Shown here one piece after another: positions 46,840-55,595 of a stretch of 64,000 nucleotides of DNA. Each line of letters begins with the position of its first letter. The stretch's first letter is position 1. Below the pieces are notes generated by a model. That model did not search any database. It had not been told where the DNA came from and saw nothing but the letters and a program-made list of their open reading frames with translations. Position numbers and translations under genes: made by a program. Source of the stretch: an uncultured archaeon (GTDB lineage Archaea > Asgardarchaeota > Thorarchaeia > Thorarchaeales > Thorarchaeaceae); the NCBI GenBank assembly GCA_964473825.1, contig CAYYQL010000010.1, positions 14,692-78,691 on the forward strand, read 5' to 3'.

Positions 46840-48390
46840 TCACCAGGAAGAATCAGATCTCTGCTTCATGGCCTCATACATTTCTTTCCGAGTTCTGTAG
46901 GAGTCGAGCATTAGACTCCTGTATCTTCTCACGAAATCTTCAGGGACAAGCCGTCGATTCCTAAATAGGTCCACGGTTCGCGAAACTGCCTGCTGCAAGT
47001 CTCTGGCATCTCTTTTGAGGTGCTGTATCTGGGGGTCGGCACCTCCGAGTCGGTCTTCACGTCCGAGAGATGCTCGAGAGAGGACGTCCTCAAGGTGGTC
47101 GGTGAAATGCTGAGCTCCATACTTGTCCATGGTGCCATAGCCTGCTGCAGGGCGTTTCTGATAGTGATATCTCTCATTCATAGTGAGGTTTTCTGCGCGT
47201 TTCCGATTGCCTGAAGACAAGAGTGAATACACAAGTTCTTCTATCTTGAGACGTACGTCACTGATATTGAAACTCGACTGTTCAATGCGCCTCACCCGCT
47301 GCATATCCGTCTGCATGTATCTATCGAACTTCTTTGCTATCTCTAGATAGTCTGGAAGAACCTCCTCGGTCTGCTCGTCACAGGATATCTTTAGGTCTCC
47401 CTGTTTCATCTTGAGAACGAGGCGCTTTCTGATCCTCCCGTCCTCCTCCATGGAGTTGAGATAGACGAGGGGGAAATCGAAGAGGACTTCCATCTTCTTT
47501 CGAAAAGTTCCCACTTCGGCTATGAACACAATTCTCTTGTTCGTTATATAGAGTGTCCCCGTTGCCTTGTCGTGCTTAAGGAAATCGCTACCTGTAACTC
47601 GAATCTCGGGCAATGCGCAGACAGGGAGTTCATTGACAGACAGTTCAGCGTGTTCGTAGAATCCCGCAAATTCCTTACGATAGTAGTCAAGGCCCTCAAG
47701 CTGGGTTGTCGATTCGTCTAGTCGAACAACGCAGTCATCCAACGCATCATCAACACCAGACTTGAAATGCTCTCCCAGTTCTCCAATTCGGTTTGCAACA
47801 CCCTCAATAAACGGAAACTGATCGGGGGTCCAGCCATTGGGGTCGATTATTCCCTTGGTCTCGGCAGCCATCTGACGTCCGACCATATCTGCTTGGTTGA
47901 CAACTCTCTTTTTCACGGCCAATGCTTCATCTTGGATTCTCTCGATATTGTCTTCAATCCAGTGATAATGGAGAAAATTGGCCATTCTCAATGAAACCAG
48001 TAGCCTCTTCGAGGCAGTAAGCTTGCTGTTGAACTCCCTCAACTTGAGATGACCATACTGGAGTGACATAATGGACTCTCGCAGCTTCTTTCCAAGGTTC
48101 CTTCTCTTGTCAGCTATAGCGACTATCTTGGAGGAGTGACATCGGGGGCAGATCTCTTCTATTCTTTTCCCAATGCTCAGTTCTTCACACTCGCATTCGG
48201 GGCACTTTTCGAAGGGCCCCCCGGCCTCTGGAGTTCCTAGAGTATGATGGCACTCTGAACAGACATAGTACTCCGTGGTCTTACTCTCAAGACAATCCAG
48301 ACAGAAGTTCTCGCCGCAGTCTTCGCACATGTGAGTTGCCGTGATTCTCTCGCAAACTCTGCATTTTCTGTGGGAGCTGCCTACCTTCAA
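46840..48390 (-). CDS. Multi-domain protein: FYVE/B-box-like Zn fingers, helical region, GRAM/GLUE-like PH domain, Vps23-like steadiness box
   Basis: Six CxxC pairs; GTLYITNKRIVF; C-terminal AVSRTVDLFRNRRLVPEDFVRRYRSL. Confidence 0.7.
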   Translation of the reverse strand: MKVGSSHRKCRVCERITATHMCEDCGENFCLDCLESKTTEYYVCSECHHTLGTPEAGGPFEKCPECECEELSIGKRIEEICPRCHSSKIVAIADKRRNLGKKLRESIMSLQYGHLKLREFNSKLTASKRLLVSLRMANFLHYHWIEDNIERIQDEALAVKKRVVNQADMVGRQMAAETKGIIDPNGWTPDQFPFIEGVANRIGELGEHFKSGVDDALDDCVVRLDESTTQLEGLDYYRKEFAGFYEHAELSVNELPVCALPEIRVTGSDFLKHDKATGTLYITNKRIVFIAEVGTFRKKMEVLFDFPLVYLNSMEEDGRIRKRLVLKMKQGDLKISCDEQTEEVLPDYLEIAKKFDRYMQTDMQRVRRIEQSSFNISDVRLKIEELVYSLLSSGNRKRAENLTMNERYHYQKRPAAGYGTMDKYGAQHFTDHLEDVLSRASLGREDRLGGADPQIQHLKRDARDLQQAVSRTVDLFRNRRLVPEDFVRRYRSLMLDSYRTRKEMYEAMKQRSDSSW

Positions 48391-48567
48391 CTGACTGCCT
48401 CCGCTGGTCTTGTACTAGTGTCCACTATAGCTCACAATAACCTGAGTATTATCATGACAATACTCGTGCGCATGTTGAATCAGCGCAGTTGTCGCTCATT
48501 CGCGGTGTGTTGCGTCTTCAAAGGAGTTATATCAATAACAGCGGGCTGAGCTCTGACGGATGCATCC

Positions 48568-49953
48568 ATGGAAGACCTTGCGCAAGCTGCTATTGAGGGT
48601 GCCCTCAACAACGGGGCGTCGTTTGCCGATGTTCGTATCGAGAATACTGTGACCACAGTCATTGAGATCTCTGATGGCATAACAAGAAAGGCCCTTGCAT
48701 CGCGACTGAAGGGGGCAGGAATACGAGCTTTTGTTGACGGCGCATGGGCGTTCGCCCAGGCCACCAATCTCACTGCGAAGAGTCTGAGAGAAACAGGTGA
48801 GTCGGTGGCGCGGCTGGCAATGGCAACCACGGACCATGTTGCAGACCGCTTTACCATTGATGGGCCTACTTTCACGGACCGAGTCACACTTAACGTTCGT
48901 AAGCCCTTTGAAGACATTCCAATAGAGGATAAGATGGACTTTGTGAAGCGGATTGACAAACAAGCCCTAGACTTTGACAATCGGATTGTAAACTCACGAA
49001 CAATCTATGGTGATTTGTCTTCGAGCATCTTTGTGGCCAACTCCTTAGGAACTAGTGTACATTTCGAGAATTCTCTTCCTCGGATAGTATCTGCACCGAC
49101 AGCAAAGGAGGGAAGCAATCGGCAACGAGCTCATAAATCGGTCGGGATTCGTGGCGGGTATGAGGCAATGGAGAGTGAGGCCGCTCAAACGGTTGGAACA
49201 CGCGCCGCAAGACAGGTGATTGACCTTCTTTCATCCGTTGCAGCAAAGGGCGATACCTACGATGTCGTTTTGGACCCCGTCTTGAATGGTGTTATGGTGC
49301 ACGAAGCCTTTGGACATGCAACCGAGGCCGACAAGTGGCCCGCACATACCACGGTCCTTGAGGATAAGGTGGGCAAGCCTGTGGGGCCAGAGCACCTGAA
49401 TCTGACTGATGACCCCACCTTGAAAGGAGAGCGGGGATCTTTTGAATATGATTGGGAAGGAACCAAGAGCGGGAAACGCTTGTTGGTCAAGAACGGAGTT
49501 CTGAACGAGCTGTTGCACAGTCTTGAGACCGCCTCCCGGTTGGACATGGAACCAAACGGAGCAGCGAGGTCACAGTCGTTTATGCATGAACCCATTCCCC
49601 GTATGAGCAATACATTCATGGAACCAGGTGACTGGGATGTTGACGAACTTATCACTGACACAGGAGAAGGCATTCTTCTCTGCAGTTTCAACTACGGGTA
49701 TACAAGTCCCTCAAAAGGGCAGTTCATGTTTCAGGCGAGTCATGGTCATCTTATAGAAGATGGAGAGATAGGACAGATGGTGCGCGATGTATCCTTGGCG
49801 GGTCAGATACTAGATGTACTCTCGAAGGTTGACGCGGTAGGAAATGACTTCCAGATGGATGCTGGAACCTGCATCAAATCGGGTCAATCAGTGCCTAATA
49901 TGAGCGGTGGTCCTCATGCGAGAATACGCGGAATGCCTGTTGGGGGTTTGTAG
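48568..49953 (+). CDS. tldD: TldD metalloprotease
   Basis: HEAFGH, DDPT, YDWEG, PIPRMSNTF, GTC.K.GQ.VP...GGPH. Confidence 0.95.
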   Translation: MEDLAQAAIEGALNNGASFADVRIENTVTTVIEISDGITRKALASRLKGAGIRAFVDGAWAFAQATNLTAKSLRETGESVARLAMATTDHVADRFTIDGPTFTDRVTLNVRKPFEDIPIEDKMDFVKRIDKQALDFDNRIVNSRTIYGDLSSSIFVANSLGTSVHFENSLPRIVSAPTAKEGSNRQRAHKSVGIRGGYEAMESEAAQTVGTRAARQVIDLLSSVAAKGDTYDVVLDPVLNGVMVHEAFGHATEADKWPAHTTVLEDKVGKPVGPEHLNLTDDPTLKGERGSFEYDWEGTKSGKRLLVKNGVLNELLHSLETASRLDMEPNGAARSQSFMHEPIPRMSNTFMEPGDWDVDELITDTGEGILLCSFNYGYTSPSKGQFMFQASHGHLIEDGEIGQMVRDVSLAGQILDVLSKVDAVGNDFQMDAGTCIKSGQSVPNMSGGPHARIRGMPVGGL

Positions 49954-49954
49954 T

Positions 49955-51304
49955 TTGAGGGAGGAGCTCCTTGCCATCGGCAATCATGCTGTGAAATGTG
50001 CAGAGAAAATCGGTGTAGACCAAGTCGAGGTCTATGCTGCCTTTTCGAAATCATTTTTCATTGACGTGGAGAACAACGCTGTCAAAGCTGCATCTAGAAA
50101 CACTGATGGGGGCTGCGGGGTTAGATCTGTCATTGATAATGCGATTGGGTTTGCATATGTCACAACGCTTCAAGAGGAGGACATAGCAGAGGCAGTTGAA
50201 CGGTCCGTCGCACTGGCTCGTGCATCCGTACCTGATCCGGATTTTGTCAGCCTTCCATCCGGTGGCTCAGAATATCCCAGCATCAGAGGCCTCTTCGATC
50301 CAGAGATGGAATCTATATCCTCGGAGGAATCAGCAGAGATTATTCTTGCAGCAGTCGATTCGGCCCTTGATGTCCTTACTGGAGAGAAGGTCGCTGTGGA
50401 GGCACAGCTGAATTTGTCTGTCAGTGAACGGGCTATCGTGAACTCACTTGGAGTGTCAGGCTCAGCAAAGACCTCCTTCGGCTTACTATACCTGTCGCCG
50501 ACAATCAAACATTCAGGCGAACAGACATCAAGCTACGAGTACCAAATATCACGAGCGGTTAGAGACCTGAACCCCCAAGAAGTGGGAACAATATCTGCAC
50601 AGAAAGCAATAAGGAATCTGCGAGCTCAGACAATCGAAGGCGGAGATATGCCAATCCTGCTGGATCCTTTTGCCGTAAGCGTAATCATTGGTAGCGGCTT
50701 CTCAGGCGCCGTCAACGCTGAAGAGGTACAATATGGACGCTCCTATATCAGCGATGCCTTGGGGGAACAGATAGCCTCCGATTCTTTGTCTATCGTGGAC
50801 AACTCTCTCCTCACCGGTGGCATAGGATCGCGGCCGTTCGACGCAGAGGGATTTCCGTCTTCTCGTACTTCGGTTCTCGAATCGGGGGTTCTCAAGAGTC
50901 TGCTTCACAATTCATATACTGCCAACAAGGAAAATGTTGAGAATACCGGAAATGCTAGCCGTTCGTCATATTCAGGTCTGCCATCAATCTCTACATCGAA
51001 TCTTATCGTCGAGCCGGGAAGCGGAAATCAGGAGGACCTGATCACAGAGATTGACCGAGGAATCCTATGCCGTCGAACTGGAGACCAGCCGAACATGGCA
51101 ACCGGAGATCTCAGTGCGATGATCATGGAGGGTTTCTACATAGAACACGGCGAAGTTAAGCATGCACTCAAGAATACGCTGTTTGGAATCAACATGCTCG
51201 ACCTTCTCAAGAGAGTCAACGTTGTCGGAGAAGACACAAGAGTGACTGTGGGTGCAATCACCCCCTCCCTCCTCGTAGAGTCGGCGAGAGTCACCTCTGG
51301 TTAG
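49955..51304 (+). CDS. pmbA: PmbA/TldE modulator
   Basis: SRPFDAEG, NTGNA, GDLS, TPSL; TTG right after the tldD stop; no HExxxH. Confidence 0.9.
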   Translation: MREELLAIGNHAVKCAEKIGVDQVEVYAAFSKSFFIDVENNAVKAASRNTDGGCGVRSVIDNAIGFAYVTTLQEEDIAEAVERSVALARASVPDPDFVSLPSGGSEYPSIRGLFDPEMESISSEESAEIILAAVDSALDVLTGEKVAVEAQLNLSVSERAIVNSLGVSGSAKTSFGLLYLSPTIKHSGEQTSSYEYQISRAVRDLNPQEVGTISAQKAIRNLRAQTIEGGDMPILLDPFAVSVIIGSGFSGAVNAEEVQYGRSYISDALGEQIASDSLSIVDNSLLTGGIGSRPFDAEGFPSSRTSVLESGVLKSLLHNSYTANKENVENTGNASRSSYSGLPSISTSNLIVEPGSGNQEDLITEIDRGILCRRTGDQPNMATGDLSAMIMEGFYIEHGEVKHALKNTLFGINMLDLLKRVNVVGEDTRVTVGAITPSLLVESARVTSG

Positions 51305-51305
51305 T

Positions 51306-53216
51306 TCACATTCTGTTGACAACAGGGATACCCAAGAGTTCCAAGCAGTTCGCTATAGTGGTCCTGAATGCCCGAACCAATGCTATCCTTGCATGTTTCA
51401 AATCATCTTCCGCCTTCAAGACCGGACAATTGTCATAGAACCTGCTGAACAGAGTCGCAAGTTCGTAGCAGTATGTGGTCAAACGATTCGAGTTGAAACT
51501 AGTCCCCCACGCATTTTTTGTGAGGCCACTCACGACCTCCAGTATCTCTTCTGGAAAACGTGAGATGGCTTTGATAAGAGCAAACTCGTGCTCCGAGTCC
51601 AATAAAGAAAGGTTTGCATCAAGGCCTTTGTCCTCAGTCTTCTCTAGAATCCTCTTTGCTCTCGCATGCGAGTATTGGAGGTATGGAGCTGCATCGCCAT
51701 TGAAGTCTAAGGCCTCTTCCCAGCGGAAGGTTATCTTCCTGTCTGGTGAGGCGCTAAGCATGAAGTATCGGAGGGCCCCAGTGGCAACTTGGGAGGCAAC
51801 CTGATTCAGGAACTCCTCTTCTGCATCCGGATTCCGCTTTGCTACTTCCTCTCTTGCAAGCTCTTGCGCCTGGTCAAGAACATCATCAGTCGTGTACCCC
51901 AGCCATGTGCCCTTCCTTCCAGAGAAGTCTTCGTCCTCGAGCCCTACGAATTCGTAGGCTATGTGGTGGGAGTTCTTGCTCTGTTCGTGATATCCCATTA
52001 TATCTAGCAATGCATAGATGAGTCTCTGTGGGTGAGCCTGCCCCGAGCCGATGACATTGAAGACCACATTGAACTTGCCCAAGTCTCTCTTCTCACCGTC
52101 AAGAGATGTTCGGTAGACGGTGATCCCATCGGGTTGCTTCTCAAAGGGTCGGTATCGAAACGGATCATCTACAATGCCGAACTTCCACATCTGAAAGGCA
52201 ACATCAGCTCCTGTGTATGTTCTAGTCCCATCAGACCTGAACAATACCTTTGATGGGTCCTTCATGTCCTTGAACTCCTCGATAGTATCAAGTCTAGCAA
52301 CAATACACCCTTTCTTCTCCCCCTCTGTTACCCTCTCTACATTCTCACAGTCGAGCATCATATCGCGTGCTCTGGTGAGCAAGCCACTGTGGGCAATGGA
52401 GCTCTCCCAGACCTGATAGTCGTGATAGATGCCTAACCTGTATGCAGTCTGGTTCTGTGCCTTCAAGCACTTGGTCACCATCTTGCTGCTAGTTTCGGAC
52501 TCTATCGAGTCCAGTTGCTCAAGACGCCTCGTCACCTCTCGAATCTTGGCTTCAACCTCTTTGTCATTCTCAAACTGCTTCTGTACATCTACATAGAGCC
52601 CTCCCAAGTAGTGATCATACTTCTCATCCGTTTCCTTATCATCCATCTGCATGAGTTTCCATGTCAGCTGGGCAATCTGAAGACCCAAGTCGTTGACGTA
52701 GTCAATCAGAACTGTATCATATCCCACCCAGGCCAAAATGTTTCTTAGAGTATGGCCAATGATTGCATTCCGTGAATGCCCAATGTGCCAGGGTTTCGAG
52801 GGGTTGACTGCGGGCGATTCGATAAGAGCCCTCTCTCCGGTATAGGAGTCTGTCCTGCCATATTCTGCTCCCAAGTCTGCTATTACTGGGAGCACGAATG
52901 CTGCAATCTCGGCCCGCTGGAGGAATATGTTGATGTATGGACCTTTGGCCTCCACTCTGTCGATGAGTCTCTCCCGTTCGCCAACATCTTTCAGAGACTC
53001 TGCAATCTCTGCAGCAATCACAGCTGGGTTCTGCCGTCTAGTCTTTGCGAGTTCAAAAGCAACAGTGCATGCCAAGTCCCCAAGTGTGGCATCTGGTGGC
53101 GTTTCAAGGTACTCAATGATTCTCTCCCGACCGACGGAACTTGCGTCTGCTAGGATATCACTTATCCTGTCTTGTATCACTCTCCACGGATCTCTGGTTG
53201 AGTGGCTTTCATTCAT
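51306..53216 (-). CDS. argS: Arginine-tRNA ligase
   Basis: GDLA, GPYINI, NPSKPWHIGHSRN, FSGRKG, PYLQYSHAR, FY..CPVL, LLGI...RM. Confidence 0.95.
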   Translation of the reverse strand: MNESHSTRDPWRVIQDRISDILADASSVGRERIIEYLETPPDATLGDLACTVAFELAKTRRQNPAVIAAEIAESLKDVGERERLIDRVEAKGPYINIFLQRAEIAAFVLPVIADLGAEYGRTDSYTGERALIESPAVNPSKPWHIGHSRNAIIGHTLRNILAWVGYDTVLIDYVNDLGLQIAQLTWKLMQMDDKETDEKYDHYLGGLYVDVQKQFENDKEVEAKIREVTRRLEQLDSIESETSSKMVTKCLKAQNQTAYRLGIYHDYQVWESSIAHSGLLTRARDMMLDCENVERVTEGEKKGCIVARLDTIEEFKDMKDPSKVLFRSDGTRTYTGADVAFQMWKFGIVDDPFRYRPFEKQPDGITVYRTSLDGEKRDLGKFNVVFNVIGSGQAHPQRLIYALLDIMGYHEQSKNSHHIAYEFVGLEDEDFSGRKGTWLGYTTDDVLDQAQELAREEVAKRNPDAEEEFLNQVASQVATGALRYFMLSASPDRKITFRWEEALDFNGDAAPYLQYSHARAKRILEKTEDKGLDANLSLLDSEHEFALIKAISRFPEEILEVVSGLTKNAWGTSFNSNRLTTYCYELATLFSRFYDNCPVLKAEDDLKHARIALVRAFRTTIANCLELLGIPVVNRM

Positions 53217-53369
53217 TCCGCTGGATGCCTCGCTCTCAAGCAGTCATATTCATGTGATAAATCAAGCGCTCTGAGAGCACAGGGGCTCTGAAGCATCATA
53301 CGCGTCAAGCTTCTTGTTCGAAAACAAAAATGAACGCGCGTTGATTGTAGCAAAACGGTATCGAATCAC

Positions 53370-53465
53370 GTGGAAAAGTGAAGTTACATAATTGTAAAAA
53401 ATATGAAATAAATAGTATTGATTTTGAAAGAAATGTGCAAAGAGTTATTTACGTTTGTTATGAGT
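53370..53465. promoter_or_regulatory. AT-rich divergent promoter region between argS and tfb
   Basis: About 95 bp of A/T runs (ATAATTGTAAAAAATATGAAATAAATAGTATTGATTTTG) in a roughly 50% GC context. Confidence 0.5.
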
Positions 53466-53563
53466 GCAATGATGTTGGTTCTTTTCGAGAACCGTTCCCT
53501 ATACGCCCCGCGTCATCGTTGTGTTCTTCATGCGCCTTGAAGGACACGTAGCATAGGTTTCCC

Positions 53564-54574
53564 TTGACAGCTCTCACGGCAGGTTCTGACATCAGGACTT
53601 GTATGGAGATGATCGGACTGGCCAGCAAACAATTGAAGACCCGGAAAACCAAGGAGCAAAGCCTAAACGCGGCCAACTATATCTGTTCAGCCTGTAGTTC
53701 TACCGAAGTATTCATCGATAGTACTCGGGGAGAGATTATCTGTTCTAATTGCGGACTCGTTCTCTCAGACCACTCGATAGATATGGGTCCAGAATGGCGA
53801 GCATTCACTGCCGAAGAGAAGAACTCTCGCCAACGTGTGGGTGGTCCTGTCGACTGGACCAAGTTTGACCAAGGCCTTACAACCGTCATTGGTCGGCAGA
53901 ATGTTGATGCATCAGGACGAAGACTGAGCTCAACCAGAAGAGCACAGATTCACAGGCTACGAAAATGGCAGATACGCACTAAGGTACACTCCTCAGATAA
54001 ACGAAACCTTGCAGTTGCAATGACAGAACTCCACCGAATCAGCTCACAGCTCAGTATTCCCTACTCGATTCGTGAGACTTCGGCAGTCATCTACCGAAAG
54101 GCCCTCAGAAAGCGGCTCACTCGCGGGCGAACCATTCTCGGAATGATTGCTGCATCTCTCTATCTTGCCTGCCGTGTACACACTGTACCACGGCCACTGG
54201 AGGAGATCTGCGATCAGATTCATATCACACGCAAAGAGTTGTCTCTGTGCGTACGCCTTATACTCAGATATCTGAATCTGAAGATTCCACACAGCAGTCC
54301 CGTTGATTTCGTTCACCGCTTTGGCACCGAACTGAATCTGCCAGGTAGTGCGAAGAAGAAGGCGATAGACATCCTTCATGATGCGAAGAGGGAACGTCTC
54401 ACTATTGGCAAGGACCCGAAGGGAATGGCGGCTGCTGCAATCTACGTGGCAAGCATTCTCACCGGCTCCCGGCGAACCCAGCTGGAGATTGCCAAGACTG
54501 CTCGAGTCACTGAGGTTACTGTTCGTAACCGGTACAAGGAGATGGTCGAGAAACTAAACATCTCTACAACATGA
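53564..54574 (+). CDS. tfb: Transcription initiation factor IIB
   Basis: CSAC/CSNC ribbon, GPEWRAF, RLRKWQ, two cyclin repeats, GKDP, VTEVTVRNRYKE. Confidence 0.95.
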   Translation: MTALTAGSDIRTCMEMIGLASKQLKTRKTKEQSLNAANYICSACSSTEVFIDSTRGEIICSNCGLVLSDHSIDMGPEWRAFTAEEKNSRQRVGGPVDWTKFDQGLTTVIGRQNVDASGRRLSSTRRAQIHRLRKWQIRTKVHSSDKRNLAVAMTELHRISSQLSIPYSIRETSAVIYRKALRKRLTRGRTILGMIAASLYLACRVHTVPRPLEEICDQIHITRKELSLCVRLILRYLNLKIPHSSPVDFVHRFGTELNLPGSAKKKAIDILHDAKRERLTIGKDPKGMAAAAIYVASILTGSRRTQLEIAKTARVTEVTVRNRYKEMVEKLNISTT

Positions 54575-54625
54575 CCGGTTCCGCTGCTGTTTCAACTCCT
54601 CGCCGAGAATTGGGGTTCTAATGAT

Positions 54626-54660
54626 GGGCAGGGAATTTCCTGTCCCTCTGCTTCTTTCTC
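54626..54660 (+). terminator. Hairpin plus pyrimidine tract after tfb
   Basis: GGGCAGG / CCTGTCC stem followed by CTCTGCTTCTTTCTC. Confidence 0.4.
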
Positions 54661-54743
54661 AAGAACCAGATTGGAGTCGAGGAAGCTCGACCAGCTGCAT
54701 CGCGAATATGCTTATTTTGCCATGGGAGAAGCACGGATGAGGA

Positions 54744-55595
54744 GTGCGATTCAAGATGGTCGAACGTCGCTCAATTCTAGGAATGTGGCTGATTGAGAGA
54801 GGAACCGGCCGAAATCTCGTAGCACGAGCGTACGATGGCATTGACATTGACATGGATCTTATTGCTCCCTTCTTGTCTGCAACACACACCTTCATCGACA
54901 AGGCGTCTAATGAGACTCTCAAGACAATAGACACCGAGAATAGTAGATACGTCTGGGAAGCGAGTGAGCATATTCTCTTTGTCATGGTGATCTCAAAGGC
55001 AGCACGAATCGGTCATATGAGGTTCATGCTTGACTACGCGTTGAATGAGTTTGTGAACAACTTCATCCCTCAAGAGCGAGGAATCAGCAACGTACTAAAG
55101 GAGTGGCATGGTGATCCAACTGCATTCAAGGAATTCGGCCTCTTTTTGGACGAACTTGTCGGTCAGTATGAAGAGACTGACGAATGTCTGCTGGCAGGCA
55201 AATCAATGGACTGCCTTGAGGTCTATAACCATCTCTTTCGTGAGATTATGAAGATAGACATGAAGAAGAAAACAAAGCGAGAAATCGCTACCATCATCCG
55301 CAACAGAATCGAACCTCTCACTGAGAGATACATGTTTCTTGAATCCGTACCTATCGATGACTGTGGAATCGAGGTACTAGAGATAGATGTTTCGAGAGGT
55401 GATATCCCTTACCGAAGCTTGCGGACTGCTCTGGAAGATCTCCTCCGGATCACTGCCGAAGAGGTACAAGAAAAGGCCGGTGTGAACAACTATCGCCAAA
55501 TGGTATTTGACCATCTGATGCCGTACGTCAAGCGCGATATCCAGAGGCTCCAGACATACGCAATCCTCGATGATGTGGTTCGATATCTCTTCTAG
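54744..55595 (+). CDS. Longin-like N-terminal domain plus helical C-terminal domain
   Basis: ILGMWLIERGTGRNL, DLIAPFLSA..TF, LKTI, ILFVMV, F..F...LD longin pattern. Confidence 0.7.
   Translation: MRFKMVERRSILGMWLIERGTGRNLVARAYDGIDIDMDLIAPFLSATHTFIDKASNETLKTIDTENSRYVWEASEHILFVMVISKAARIGHMRFMLDYALNEFVNNFIPQERGISNVLKEWHGDPTAFKEFGLFLDELVGQYEETDECLLAGKSMDCLEVYNHLFREIMKIDMKKKTKREIATIIRNRIEPLTERYMFLESVPIDDCGIEVLEIDVSRGDIPYRSLRTALEDLLRITAEEVQEKAGVNNYRQMVFDHLMPYVKRDIQRLQTYAILDDVVRYLF

Noticed and set aside
48568-51304. TldD/PmbA as part of the ESCRT system
   Set aside because: Widespread housekeeping pair, divergently transcribed; adjacency is the only link.
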